A DNA stretch of 64,000 nucleotides from a virus, in the IMG/VR virus record IMGVR_UViG_3300037264_004862, positions 58,825 to 122,824 of that record, one strand, 5' to 3'. A program made the position numbers and the translations under genes. Under the pieces are notes generated by a model, which saw only the letters and a list, made by a program, of their open reading frames with translations, ran no database searches and was not told the DNA's origin. This document shows, piece after piece, positions 47,364-57,957 of the stretch (position 1 is the stretch's first letter; every line of letters begins with the position of its first letter).

Positions 47364-48335
47364 ATGTCAGTTAACATACGTCCTGATCAGATAGAAACTT
47401 GGATAGCTAGACATTTTGAGTATAAGCGTCGTAAGAATGGTGCAGAGCTCCTTATTAACAATCCATTTGATGGTGATACTAAATTTAAGTTTAATATTAA
47501 TACCGTCAAGGGAGTGTGCCATGATTGGCGTCCGGGCCACCAGCAAAATGATGGCCCTTTCATAAGGCTCGTCCAACATTTTAAACACATATCGTTCTAC
47601 GAGGCTCTCCGTGACATTTGCGGACATGAAGTAGACCTAAGATCAATATTTAGGCAAGCGAGAGCCAAGGAAATACCAGCGGAAGAACAGGAAATAGTTC
47701 CAGATGTGAATCTGCCTGTTTCTGCTAAGCCTTTCCGCTCTGAGGATACTGGTATCCTTCGTCGAGTTGCTTTAAACTATTTGGCTTCTAGGGGTATATC
47801 TTTTGAAACTGCTTGTAAATATAATCTTCATTATGGTGTTAATAAGATATATTTCCCATATCACGAATATGGGGTTCAAGTGTATTGGCAGGCAAGGTCA
47901 ATACATAGTAAGACCTTCGAGTTTCCTGATTTGGCCGTAACCCAATTGGGTAAGGAGAACTATTTATATGGGTTTGATAATGCTGAACCTGGTCAGGCTT
48001 TAATAGTTTGTGAATCTATAATCTGCGCCATTACACTTGGTGATGGTGCTACTGCTTCTGGTGGTGCCAGTATGAGTAAAAATCAGTGCAAGAAGATACG
48101 AGCTATAGGTCCTAGTGAAGTGATTTTGGCGCCTGATAGGGACTTTGAGGGTATATCTTCAATATTAAAGAACGCTGAGCTCGTACAGTCTATCTGTGAT
48201 GCCGATGTGATGTTCATAATTCCACCTTTGCCACATAAAGATTGGAACGACATGTGGCGTGAGAATCCACGAAAATATATTGCCTCTTGTGCTTTGCCTG
48301 CTACAGCTGTGAACATTAACAAGTTCATAGTATAG
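47364..48335 (+). CDS. DNA primase-like protein (DnaG/TOPRIM), partly degenerate
   Basis: NNPF..D....NIN..KG..HDW, YL.SRGI, YWQAR, LYG, IVCE, APDRD, KDWND. Confidence 0.75.
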   Translation: MSVNIRPDQIETWIARHFEYKRRKNGAELLINNPFDGDTKFKFNINTVKGVCHDWRPGHQQNDGPFIRLVQHFKHISFYEALRDICGHEVDLRSIFRQARAKEIPAEEQEIVPDVNLPVSAKPFRSEDTGILRRVALNYLASRGISFETACKYNLHYGVNKIYFPYHEYGVQVYWQARSIHSKTFEFPDLAVTQLGKENYLYGFDNAEPGQALIVCESIICAITLGDGATASGGASMSKNQCKKIRAIGPSEVILAPDRDFEGISSILKNAELVQSICDADVMFIIPPLPHKDWNDMWRENPRKYIASCALPATAVNINKFIV

Positions 48336-48346
48336 CTTCTTACACG

Positions 48347-49216
48347 TCAAGATTGTTGATGCGGATGATGCGGACAATTTCCATGTTGCCATTTGGCTTT
48401 ATTGCAATTCGAGCATAGAAGTTGAATGTCTGATGGTAGTGTTTCAAGTATAACATAAATATGTTCACCATTTTTATGTCTAATGGCTCCATCACCATTA
48501 GTATGGTCCAATTCTAAAAAAGCCCAGTTAGATTCACCACAACAGATACATTGTTTACCATAGTGGTCAATTATGCGTATACGTAATTCTCTCCAATGTC
48601 GTTTTCTATTGGTTGTCGGTAGTGATGGTTCTAATTGATGTGGGCATGTTCCGTAATGGCTTTTGGCCCTGTTGCAATTAGAACATAATAGTTGGATTAT
48701 AGATGGATAGTTGTTGCTCACTATCCATCTACATAAGGTCTCACTGTTTTTCCCGATTAACTTCCTGTGTTCTGCGCCATTGCTGTTGACATGATCTAAT
48801 TCTAAGAATTCAGTGACAACTTCTCCACAACAGATGCATTTTGCGCCATAATGATTGATTATTTTGGCTCGTAGATGATGGGCATCAGATTTAACTTTAG
48901 TATTATGTCTGATCTTACATTTTGGGCATCTATAATTTTCATTGGATTTTAATACATTACCACAATCAACGCACAATTTGTTTTGTTTTCTTGATTGATA
49001 TAGCATCATACGTGCTAAAGCAGGAGCTTTTCTGCAATTTGAACAATATACAGTATCGGTAATGGGTTGTTTACCGCATTTTGGGCATAAGCCCATGTTT
49101 TTTCTTAATGTGCGTATATCACGGTGTTGTTTATTGTTTTTATCACGGCAAGATTTGCATGAGGTATATAATTCATTATCGATTGGGCTATGACATATAC
49201 GACATTTTACAATCAT
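48347..49216 (-). CDS. tandem-HNH endonuclease with N-terminal zinc fingers (free-standing homing endonuclease-like)
   Basis: Two copies of HYG..CICCGE...FLELDH...QLLCSNCN.AK; several CxxC pairs. Confidence 0.85.
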   Translation of the reverse strand: MIVKCRICHSPIDNELYTSCKSCRDKNNKQHRDIRTLRKNMGLCPKCGKQPITDTVYCSNCRKAPALARMMLYQSRKQNKLCVDCGNVLKSNENYRCPKCKIRHNTKVKSDAHHLRAKIINHYGAKCICCGEVVTEFLELDHVNSNGAEHRKLIGKNSETLCRWIVSNNYPSIIQLLCSNCNRAKSHYGTCPHQLEPSLPTTNRKRHWRELRIRIIDHYGKQCICCGESNWAFLELDHTNGDGAIRHKNGEHIYVILETLPSDIQLLCSNCNKAKWQHGNCPHHPHQQS

Positions 49217-49265
49217 AATATCAATAAAATATATTTTACTGAGCCATTTTGGCTACAATATCATA

Positions 49266-49544
49266 ATGACACTATCCTGGCTTCAATACCAGAACGGAAA
49301 TAAGTCGAAATATTATTTGGTTTTGATACTACTGGAACTTGAAGATCGGTATGTTGCTCTTATAACACAAAATATAGACAATACTGAAATTCAACGTATT
49401 AGGAAGAGCCTAAAAGAATTGGATAGTTACGATACTGCAGATAAAATCAAGTGGTTTAGGCATAATATTTCTAGTTATAATAAAGCGTACAGAGAGTTCA
49501 AGAAGAAACAAACTAAAATCGATAATGTCTTCGACTTGAAATAA
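49266..49544 (+). CDS. hypothetical protein
   Basis: ORF track. Confidence 0.5.
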   Translation: MTLSWLQYQNGNKSKYYLVLILLELEDRYVALITQNIDNTEIQRIRKSLKELDSYDTADKIKWFRHNISSYNKAYREFKKKQTKIDNVFDLK

Positions 49545-49548
49545 TTAA

Positions 49549-50775
49549 ATGGGTGAGCCTAAAGCGACACATAAACCAATTATCGAATTATCCATAGATG
49601 GTGGAGCTGATATTGGTTTTAATATGCAGAAATTCGAATGGGCTAGTTTTGTAAATGGTGGCTATATTGTTAGAGGCAAAGTTTACGATCCATATTTTAA
49701 TATTTTGAAGAATTTAGCCACAAAAGGCTACCTTAAAGATGGTCGCGTAAAAGAAACACCAGTTAAATTCAAATTAAAATGGTCGAATGGTGATGAGACT
49801 ACCGAACGTACAGCATTTATGACAACTCTTGCTGCTAGTGGCAAGAACGAATCTGGTACTATAGAATTTATTGGCATTGATCCACCAAGTTATTATCTGA
49901 ATGAGGGCACTGCCGATGGTAAGGTTTACAAAGGTAATGTTTCAGGTGTCATTAAACAAGTCGTAAACGAATTTGCTCCCAATATTAATGTAGAAGTTAC
50001 TGAGACCGACGACAATAAAGAAAATCTTTGGTATATGATGCGTCAAGATCCAAAAACCTTTATTAGGTCGATGTTGGATTGGTCGGCTGGCGTCACCCCT
50101 AAGAAAACACATTGGGTGGTTGCTAGTGTCGATAAGAAATTGATTATAAAAGAGCAAGCTGCATTAGAATCTAAAGATTATGGAGTTTATCATGTTAACA
50201 GAAATGGAACTACTGGTAAGGATGTACTGAGCTATGAAGTATTGGCAGATAACTCCATAAGTCCTCTTCAGACTAAGCTGATCACATCTGGGATTTCGGC
50301 AATTTCAGGCGAATTTTTAGACAAAATATCTGATTCTGGTGAACAGAAAGTCTTTGTAAAAGATGAGAATACTCAGAACAAAGTGAACGTCGATATTACT
50401 CAAACCCAAGGTTTTAAGAAACCCGATAAGAAGTGGGCTACTGCTGTAATGGCGATACCTGAACATAGTGCTGGCGAATTAGGTATACAATATAATAAGT
50501 ATATTGATGGCCGCGCTCGCGGACTGTTTTTGAATATGTTGAATTTAGTTATGCGGATGCGTTTAAAAGTTACCGGGGAATATATGTTCGACGATAGTAG
50601 TAAACTTGGAGTAGCTAAATGCACAGTTAGCTGGAAAGATATTGATGGAGAGCCGTATTTCCTATCTGGAAAATGGTTAATTTACGGTTTTCATCACGTT
50701 ATGACTGTTAATGTTTGGAGTACTGATCTCTATTTGGCGCGTCTTGACTTTGATGCTTCTGCTAAGAAGGTCTAA
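49549..50775 (+). CDS. baseplate hub-like protein (gp27/GpD-like)
   Basis: V.G.VS.VIK.V, C-terminal VTG...LSGKWLIYGFHH..T....T.L; synteny. Confidence 0.55.
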   Translation: MGEPKATHKPIIELSIDGGADIGFNMQKFEWASFVNGGYIVRGKVYDPYFNILKNLATKGYLKDGRVKETPVKFKLKWSNGDETTERTAFMTTLAASGKNESGTIEFIGIDPPSYYLNEGTADGKVYKGNVSGVIKQVVNEFAPNINVEVTETDDNKENLWYMMRQDPKTFIRSMLDWSAGVTPKKTHWVVASVDKKLIIKEQAALESKDYGVYHVNRNGTTGKDVLSYEVLADNSISPLQTKLITSGISAISGEFLDKISDSGEQKVFVKDENTQNKVNVDITQTQGFKKPDKKWATAVMAIPEHSAGELGIQYNKYIDGRARGLFLNMLNLVMRMRLKVTGEYMFDDSSKLGVAKCTVSWKDIDGEPYFLSGKWLIYGFHHVMTVNVWSTDLYLARLDFDASAKKV

Positions 50776-53700
50776 TGGCTGATATTAATACTTATGCTCT
50801 AGGTTTGGAATTCCAACTGCAGGCCCAGCCAGCTATAGATGCTATCCATAAAATGGTTAGTGCATCTACTGATTTGGCGACTGCCTTAGCCAAAGCCGGA
50901 AAAGCATTAGATACTAAGCATAATGTAGAAATGTTAGAATGGACAAAAGAAGCCCAGCAACAACTGGAAATGCATACTACTGCTACCATGCATGCCGAAA
51001 TAGCATATATGCGTGCGATGGAAGAAAGTGGAATTAAAGAGGCCGTCTCTGCTAAAGCTGCTCTTGAGCATGCTGAGAAAATTAAAGAACTTAAAAAAAC
51101 TTTGGACCTTGCTAAAGACGCATATCAGGAATTTATTGATGAACATGATTCTGCATTCTTCAAAGATGAACTCAAATTAATGGGCAAGCGTGACAAAGCA
51201 CTGAAACAATTTGAGGGACAAATTAAGAATAATACTGAAGCCATCCAGAAGCAGCTCAAACCAGTTAAGGATTTGGGTTCGTGGTTTGGTAATTTAACAT
51301 CAGAAGCTGGACAATTGGTACAAGTTGTTCGTAAGCTTACTGGTGAATATGGCGCAATGGGTGCAGTATTATTCTTAATTGGTAACGGCATTAAGAATGT
51401 AATGAGTATTCAAGATGCGTATGCTAAATCAACATTCAAGTTAATTGGTACACAAAAACAGTTTATTGATACTACTTTGAGATTGAAGGGCGTGTTGGGT
51501 ATCAGCACTAAAGAAGCTTTAAGTTCTGTGCAGGCCATAGCCAAAGTTGGGTTCTCTGCGGCCAAAGAAGGCACGAATGGCATTAATGCTTTAACTGAAG
51601 CCAATGCGAAATTCCATTTAGCTACTGGGGTTTCCACTGCTACTACAGCTCGTTTTCAGCGTGAGCTGGGTGTTTTGTTAGGTAGCAATGAAGCAGCTAC
51701 TAAGCAATTGGGTGAAATTTCACAGGCCATGCGCGCGAGCGGACTATCTGCTGAGCAAACTGAGACGTTGATGGGCGATTTATCTAAACAGATGCAGAAA
51801 CTAGCATTTGAAATGAGCCCAAAATTTGCCGCTGATTATGCGCAAGAAATGGTGAAATTATCCGCAGCTTTTAATAAAACAGGTGGTTCTGCTGAAGCAG
51901 TTGCGACTCAATTTAATGAAGTTTTTAAGAGTAATCTTGATGCTACCAAATCGTTTATGAAGGCAGGCGCAGTTTTTGATAGCACTGCTAGTGCAGCCGA
52001 CAATGTCAGTAGGTACCTGGTTGGTGTTGATGCGCTTGTTAAAGAATATGGCGGCTCATCTAATATTACTACTGGCGTATTAATGAGAGCCCTTGGTGTA
52101 AATGAAGATTTTGCTGAAAGCTTGCGGCGGATGGCAGTTGAAGCTGGGCAGGCTGGCAAGACTATAACACAATTCGGTTCAAGTATAACTAGTGGTGCCA
52201 ATCTTACAAGAGATGCAGCCGAAGCACAGGAGCCTTTCGGCGTTAAATTAAGCATGTTATGGCATAAGTTTGAGAAAATTTGGGACATTTTAGCGGCTCG
52301 TGTGATACCAATTTTGGGGTTTTTTGTTGATAAAATAATTTGGGTCATTGACAAAATTGTACAATTCCATGATTGGCTCGCGAAGGTAAGCCCTGTAGCT
52401 ATGTATCTTTTTGAAGCGATTTTATTTGGTGTAGTGGCCCTTGTTGCACTGAAAGGCCCAATTGCTTTTGTTGCTAAACTGTATGGTATATTAAAAACTG
52501 CGCTTTTGGGCATATTTAAGCCGTTAGCTATGACCAATCAGGCTATGGCAGTCGCTAAAACAAGCTCTGTTGGTGCTGGGGCTGGCATTAGATCATTTAT
52601 GGTTGGTTTTGCTGAAGGCTTAAAGGCTCTTGGCAATGCGCAAGCAGCGAAAGGCGCTTTAGTTTTGGGTCTATTAAGTGTTTTGGTAGTTGGTTCGTTG
52701 ATCCTGCTTGCTTTTGCGATGGGAAAATTGGGCATTACAGGTAAAGACATGATTTTTGCTGCAGGTGCAATAGTAATCATGGCAGCAGCTATGTGGGTTA
52801 TGTCGTTTGCCATTACAGCATTGGGCAGTGCAGGCCTGGCAGCTGCTATTGGTGCTGCTATACTAATCGCTGTGATGTTGGCACTTGGTGTAGCCACTAT
52901 GCTTGCGGGTATTGGTATAGGATTTATGGCAAAAGGCTTTGCTGAGTTATTTAAAGCTATCCCTAATATTCAAACGTTCTTAGTGGTTATAGTAGGCCTG
53001 ACTCTAGCTTTGCCTCTAATGGCTGTAGGCATCGCAGCTTTAGGTGTGACAATAGCTGCTATGGCACCATTGATTTTATTGGGTTTCATAGCATTAGGGT
53101 TAGCAGCAGCTATAGCATGGACCATAATGCCAATATTTACTGCTTTTGGGGCGTCTTTAATGGTTATCAGCACTGCATTGGCAATGATCGGTTCCGGGAC
53201 AGGTGCTTCGTTAATAAGCTTGGCTATTGGTATTACTGCATTTATGGGTGCATTGCTTGGTATTGCGGTAGCTGGTGCGGTAGGTGGTATTGGTAAGTTA
53301 TTTGGTGTTAAGAGCCCACTTGCACAAGCGCAAGAAATAGCAGGGGCTATGTACGCTATAGCACTTCCAGCTTCTGCTCTCGCTGGATCATTTGATAAGA
53401 TATCCAAAATTGGTGATATTTTTAAACCATTTATTGATAGTACATTGGGCCGCAAAGCGGAAATAGCAGAGGCGGCAGTGATGATTATGACGCTTGCTAC
53501 GCAAGTAGCAGCAGCACGGAAGCTTATGGGTGACGGTGTGGTTTCGCCTTTTGCACCCATATTGTTTAGGGCTGAACCAGTTAAGAAACCATTAATTACT
53601 GAAGATACTGCTCGCAAGATCCGCGATGAACGTAATCAGTCATTAATGGTCGAAAATACTAGGAACACTAACGAATCTATTAAGAAAGTTGTTGATAAAC

Positions 53701-53816
53701 TTGATCAGGATACATTGAAAGAATTGGTAATTTTCTTAAAGGAATGGTTACCGAAAATTGCTACGGGCGATAAAGATACTGGAGGATTAGCTAGTGCAGC
53801 TAATCAGTGGATGTAA
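50775..53816 (+). CDS. tape measure protein
   Basis: 1013-aa Ala/Gly-rich helical protein with a long hydrophobic repeat segment; position in tail module. Confidence 0.85.
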   Translation: MADINTYALGLEFQLQAQPAIDAIHKMVSASTDLATALAKAGKALDTKHNVEMLEWTKEAQQQLEMHTTATMHAEIAYMRAMEESGIKEAVSAKAALEHAEKIKELKKTLDLAKDAYQEFIDEHDSAFFKDELKLMGKRDKALKQFEGQIKNNTEAIQKQLKPVKDLGSWFGNLTSEAGQLVQVVRKLTGEYGAMGAVLFLIGNGIKNVMSIQDAYAKSTFKLIGTQKQFIDTTLRLKGVLGISTKEALSSVQAIAKVGFSAAKEGTNGINALTEANAKFHLATGVSTATTARFQRELGVLLGSNEAATKQLGEISQAMRASGLSAEQTETLMGDLSKQMQKLAFEMSPKFAADYAQEMVKLSAAFNKTGGSAEAVATQFNEVFKSNLDATKSFMKAGAVFDSTASAADNVSRYLVGVDALVKEYGGSSNITTGVLMRALGVNEDFAESLRRMAVEAGQAGKTITQFGSSITSGANLTRDAAEAQEPFGVKLSMLWHKFEKIWDILAARVIPILGFFVDKIIWVIDKIVQFHDWLAKVSPVAMYLFEAILFGVVALVALKGPIAFVAKLYGILKTALLGIFKPLAMTNQAMAVAKTSSVGAGAGIRSFMVGFAEGLKALGNAQAAKGALVLGLLSVLVVGSLILLAFAMGKLGITGKDMIFAAGAIVIMAAAMWVMSFAITALGSAGLAAAIGAAILIAVMLALGVATMLAGIGIGFMAKGFAELFKAIPNIQTFLVVIVGLTLALPLMAVGIAALGVTIAAMAPLILLGFIALGLAAAIAWTIMPIFTAFGASLMVISTALAMIGSGTGASLISLAIGITAFMGALLGIAVAGAVGGIGKLFGVKSPLAQAQEIAGAMYAIALPASALAGSFDKISKIGDIFKPFIDSTLGRKAEIAEAAVMIMTLATQVAAARKLMGDGVVSPFAPILFRAEPVKKPLITEDTARKIRDERNQSLMVENTRNTNESIKKVVDKLDQDTLKELVIFLKEWLPKIATGDKDTGGLASAANQWM

Positions 53817-54379
53817 TGCCATTTCAACTTAGTAGTATTGATAATCAGGTTAATGAAGAGGCTTTGATAGAGCTTATTCGTGATCCTAATCCTGTATCAG
53901 GATTTATTGGCGATGCTACTAGAGTGCCTATCCAATTTCCGCCTCATGTTATAGATGATACTAAATCTGCAAATTGGACTGAGGAACCAATTGCCACTTT
54001 TGAACCTCTGGCAATCTGGACTGGGTCTCTGCCGAGGAAAATTTCAGTTGAGCTTACTTACATAGTGACAGGTAAATCATTTTCAACTTTAAGTATACCA
54101 ATAATATGTCAAAATTTCAAGGCATATTTCTATCGTAGTATTCAAAGTACCACTATCCCTATTGTTAAAATGAAAATTTATAATCATATGACATCACCAG
54201 GTTCAACTTGGCGGTTGTTAGATGTTGGTATATCACATGGTGAAACTATTATTAACGATGGAAGTGGCACTTTTCCATTATTAACTAAAATCAAATTTGG
54301 GGCGGCTTTGGTTACTAATATTGATGGTAAGATGAAATTACAGAATCTTCCTAAAAAACCATTATCAAGTTGGTATTAA
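53816..54379 (+). CDS. tube-initiator / CIS tube-like baseplate protein (gp48/54-like)
   Basis: QFPP.V.D.KSANW....EP..IW.GS..R.I..EL. Confidence 0.6.
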   Translation: MPFQLSSIDNQVNEEALIELIRDPNPVSGFIGDATRVPIQFPPHVIDDTKSANWTEEPIATFEPLAIWTGSLPRKISVELTYIVTGKSFSTLSIPIICQNFKAYFYRSIQSTTIPIVKMKIYNHMTSPGSTWRLLDVGISHGETIINDGSGTFPLLTKIKFGAALVTNIDGKMKLQNLPKKPLSSWY

Positions 54380-54381
54380 TT

Positions 54382-54702
54382 ATGTCTATTGCACCAGATC
54401 ATCAATCACGATTTCGATTCTCAACTCCCATTGTGACACTTGAGGGTCGTGAGACATTTGCATTGATGTCAAAGCATTTCTTTTTAAATCCGGCAAATTT
54501 AACTGACGATCAGGTCCAATCAATTGAAATTACTCCTGAGCTTGCAGGTAGGCCATGGCTTATAGCCGATCAACTATACAATTCACCAATATTGGATTGG
54601 GTAATAGTATTATTTAATAAACCATTAAATCCGGTCAATTGGCCACTTATTGGAACAGTAATTAAAGCACCAATACAAAGTGTTGTATTGCCTAACGTTT
54701 AA
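54382..54702 (+). CDS. baseplate wedge protein (gp53/LysM-like)
   Basis: GRPWLIA.QLYN.P.LDWVI..FN...NP. Confidence 0.75.
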   Translation: MSIAPDHQSRFRFSTPIVTLEGRETFALMSKHFFLNPANLTDDQVQSIEITPELAGRPWLIADQLYNSPILDWVIVLFNKPLNPVNWPLIGTVIKAPIQSVVLPNV

Positions 54703-54703
54703 T

Positions 54704-57223
54704 ATGGGTGATAATCTAGATCGCGTTTTTCAGAAATTCTTCAATGAGCGGACAGAAAACCTTTTTGACCGCTTTGATGGTTTATATCGTGGCATAGTTG
54801 AAGAGACTAACGACCCACTTAGAATTGGTCGTATCCGCGTCCGTATTCCAGAATTGCACAACAAAGACGTTAAACGTGATGAGTTACCTTGGGCCGCTCC
54901 CGCCTTCCCGTTTGGTGGTAAAGGTTGTGGATGGTGGGGAAGTCCAATGATTGGTGATGTAATTTTTGTTCAATTCGAAAAGAATCATCCCTATGCCCCA
55001 CTTTGGGTCGGAGCTGCCACACCCACTAGAAGAAAATTTTATCCTTTACAGTCAATCCATGGCCAAACACCATTGGCTGTAAACGATCAAGGCCAACCAG
55101 CCGATTCTCCATCTGATTTTCAGAAGGAATATCTTCCAAAAGATGAACGCCCAATGACGGTTGGTGTCCGTGATCGATATGGCACTTTTTTCATGTTAAG
55201 CTCAGTAGGCTTTTTCCCAAAGGAGCACGAAGAGCAGGCTGCGAATGCTGGCACAGATGCTGTAGCTAAATCAGCGTATAAAGCTGCCCGTGCGGCTCCA
55301 ACGGAAAATGATCCAGATATCAAACATGCCGTTATTCATACTAAGTATGGTCATACTTTCATTTTAAGTGATACTGGCTATGATTGGAAAAAAGAATTTA
55401 AAGGTGACCATCAAGCCGATGAATCATTTGAGATCAGCAGATATAAATACCTGCAGAAATTTTTTAACGAAGACAAACCTAAAGATCGTGACCAGAGGAG
55501 AATTGAACTTCGTACTCGGTATGGCCATAAATTCGAAATGCGTGATGTGGGTTGGAAGAAAAATAGGCCCGGAGAATTTGAAAAACAAGCCGAATTAGCC
55601 AAAGGTTCTGAAGACGAACGTTGGGTGAAGTTACGTACTAAAGGTGGTCATGTTATTCAATCTATTGATAAGGGTAATGACCCAATATCAGATAAGTTTG
55701 TCAAGCAACTTCTGAAGACCGATAAAGGTTCTGATCTAGACGGCGAGAATGAGGTAGAATTTAAAAATGATGCAAGACAAATCCGTTTGGTTACTCGTCA
55801 TGGCCATAAGATCGCCATTGATGACCGTGGATCAGATAAACAAGATGCCTTAGGTAAAGGAGAACCACGTGGTAATGGGCTGTTAATTAAGACGCGCCGT
55901 GGATTTACTGTTGACGCTAATGATAAAGATCCAGCAAACCGTTTGTTGATTTGTTCGCCAAATTCGCAGGTCATTGATATAAATGATCGTTTTGGTTATA
56001 CAATGATATCCACTGACACAGCTAAAAAAATCCCTGAAGAATTTAAAGGTCTTAAGAATAATGAGTTTTCTAAAACAGTTGCTCTTACGATGGACCCTGA
56101 AAAGACATCATTTTGTTTAAAGCTTGATAAGACCAATCGTTATGTTAGTTTAAAAACTCCCGAAGGTCAAGGACTAGAAATGCGCGATGGTGGCGCACCT
56201 TGTGCAAGTTTTACTGAAACTACGGGGCCTGACGATCGTGGTATGTGGATGTCACGCGATCATAATAGAGCAGTATGGCGTAGTAAGAACAACGATATGT
56301 ATATTGTTCTTGACGATGGAAAACAATTAATTCTCATTAAAAATGAGACCGACAAAATACAAATATTTGCAAAAGGAAATGTGGAAGTCATATCAGATGC
56401 TGATATATGTTTAAAGGCTAAGAAAAACATTTCATTAAAGGCTGGTGGCCAAATTAATATGGAGGCTGCTGGTGGAACTCAATTTACTGTGAGAGCTGGT
56501 CATTGTGGCACAAATGATGAGTTGCGTGCTGGGCGAGTAAACTGTATTTCGATGTATGGATTACATGAAGTCATTGATATACCACAACACCCTCTTGGAC
56601 CGGCTCCAACAGGGGCTGCTACTGGTTGTACGCCTTGTGATCCACAAGAAGAGAAGGTAGATATTCGTAAGCCTAAACCATTCAATATTGAACGTAACTG
56701 CGCACCTAACAAATTACAAGCCACCCCAGTACCACCATCTACATTCAGTGGCGGCGGCGGCGGATTTAATATGCCACCTCCATCTCCTTCGACACCTCCC
56801 CCGCCAAGTCCATTTGCGCCTTCGGATACACCGAATGTGACGGTGCTCCCAGAACCGACGTTGTCAGACCCTCTATCACCATCGGGTGGTGCATTGTTTT
56901 ATGGCACATCTAATGTCTTTAAAGTGGAAATTACCGAATTCGGTATTAGATTGAACTCGTTCGCTAATAATGAAAATGAGCCACCTGCCACTGATGCTAA
57001 GAAGATTACTCTATTCTTTAATACCTTATTGGCAGCCGACGCCGCCGAGGAAGCTAAGAAAATACATGGTGGCCTTGCAATCATTTATAGAATCACTGGT
57101 GTTCCACAGGAGAATATTGAAAGCTTATTGACGTACTTCCCAGATAAACTTATAGCAGAATATCGCGGAGATATTCCTACTGAAGGCATCGAGTTCTTTG
57201 AAGAAGAACCGGCCACCACATAA
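54704..57223 (+). CDS. baseplate spike (gp5/VgrG-like) with C-terminal extension
   Basis: OB-fold YRGIV..NDPL.IGRIRVRIP, LPWA, P.IGD.IFV.FE; repeated T.xGH...D beta-helix motifs; Pro-rich linker then extra domain. Confidence 0.85.
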   Translation: MGDNLDRVFQKFFNERTENLFDRFDGLYRGIVEETNDPLRIGRIRVRIPELHNKDVKRDELPWAAPAFPFGGKGCGWWGSPMIGDVIFVQFEKNHPYAPLWVGAATPTRRKFYPLQSIHGQTPLAVNDQGQPADSPSDFQKEYLPKDERPMTVGVRDRYGTFFMLSSVGFFPKEHEEQAANAGTDAVAKSAYKAARAAPTENDPDIKHAVIHTKYGHTFILSDTGYDWKKEFKGDHQADESFEISRYKYLQKFFNEDKPKDRDQRRIELRTRYGHKFEMRDVGWKKNRPGEFEKQAELAKGSEDERWVKLRTKGGHVIQSIDKGNDPISDKFVKQLLKTDKGSDLDGENEVEFKNDARQIRLVTRHGHKIAIDDRGSDKQDALGKGEPRGNGLLIKTRRGFTVDANDKDPANRLLICSPNSQVIDINDRFGYTMISTDTAKKIPEEFKGLKNNEFSKTVALTMDPEKTSFCLKLDKTNRYVSLKTPEGQGLEMRDGGAPCASFTETTGPDDRGMWMSRDHNRAVWRSKNNDMYIVLDDGKQLILIKNETDKIQIFAKGNVEVISDADICLKAKKNISLKAGGQINMEAAGGTQFTVRAGHCGTNDELRAGRVNCISMYGLHEVIDIPQHPLGPAPTGAATGCTPCDPQEEKVDIRKPKPFNIERNCAPNKLQATPVPPSTFSGGGGGFNMPPPSPSTPPPPSPFAPSDTPNVTVLPEPTLSDPLSPSGGALFYGTSNVFKVEITEFGIRLNSFANNENEPPATDAKKITLFFNTLLAADAAEEAKKIHGGLAIIYRITGVPQENIESLLTYFPDKLIAEYRGDIPTEGIEFFEEEPATT

Positions 57224-57237
57224 ATATACAATATACT

Positions 57238-57957
57238 ATGATTTTACGTCACCCTACTGGATTGTATCAAGACGCCGGACAATTGCCATCAAATCCAAGT
57301 GATGTTGGTAATGTTACATTCGTTATATCAAACGATGTGCCGAAGCGTTCTAATGCACTCTTTATTCAGTTGCCCGTCTCAGAAGAAACCAGGCCAGCAC
57401 CAACGCCAATTTATGATGATGTCACACGTCGTGAGGGTTATGGCGAATTAGTTTATACCTTAGTGGAATCTAATCGTTCAGATCCGGGTACTAATAGAAA
57501 GCTGTTTGGTATTGGTGAGTTTTTAGAATTTGATACTGAAGATATAGTGCTCCCTGACCTTCTAGGGGTCCCACGTCAAGTTGATCTTCAACACAATACT
57601 AACGTACTTGATTATGCCGATGCTGGCTTAACCACCGCTGAAATTGATAGTATTGTTGTTTCTGCTACTCTTAAAAAGAAAGAGCTAGAAAACCAGGTGG
57701 CTGAATTACAGGTACAAGTGGACAATGAATCAACTGCTGCGATTGAGAACCAAAAGCGTATTAATGAAACTCGCAAATTGATATCTGCTGTGTCACAAAT
57801 TGTAGACACCAATAATACAATCTTGAAGAAACTTCAAGCTCGTGAATCAGATTTGTTGATCGAGAGAGATACTATAATGGCTCTGATTAATGAATTTAAT
57901 ACTCAATTGAAAGTGGCCTATGATCAATTAGTAAAGATTTCGGAGTTAGTACATTAA
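57238..57957 (+). CDS. hypothetical protein with C-terminal coiled coil
   Basis: Heptad-like C-terminus; baseplate module. Confidence 0.55.
   Translation: MILRHPTGLYQDAGQLPSNPSDVGNVTFVISNDVPKRSNALFIQLPVSEETRPAPTPIYDDVTRREGYGELVYTLVESNRSDPGTNRKLFGIGEFLEFDTEDIVLPDLLGVPRQVDLQHNTNVLDYADAGLTTAEIDSIVVSATLKKKELENQVAELQVQVDNESTAAIENQKRINETRKLISAVSQIVDTNNTILKKLQARESDLLIERDTIMALINEFNTQLKVAYDQLVKISELVH

Noticed and set aside
50792-53617. Long antisense ORFs opposite the tape measure gene (and similar ones opposite sheath, dnaE and gp6)
   Set aside because: Shadow ORFs caused by codon bias of the real genes
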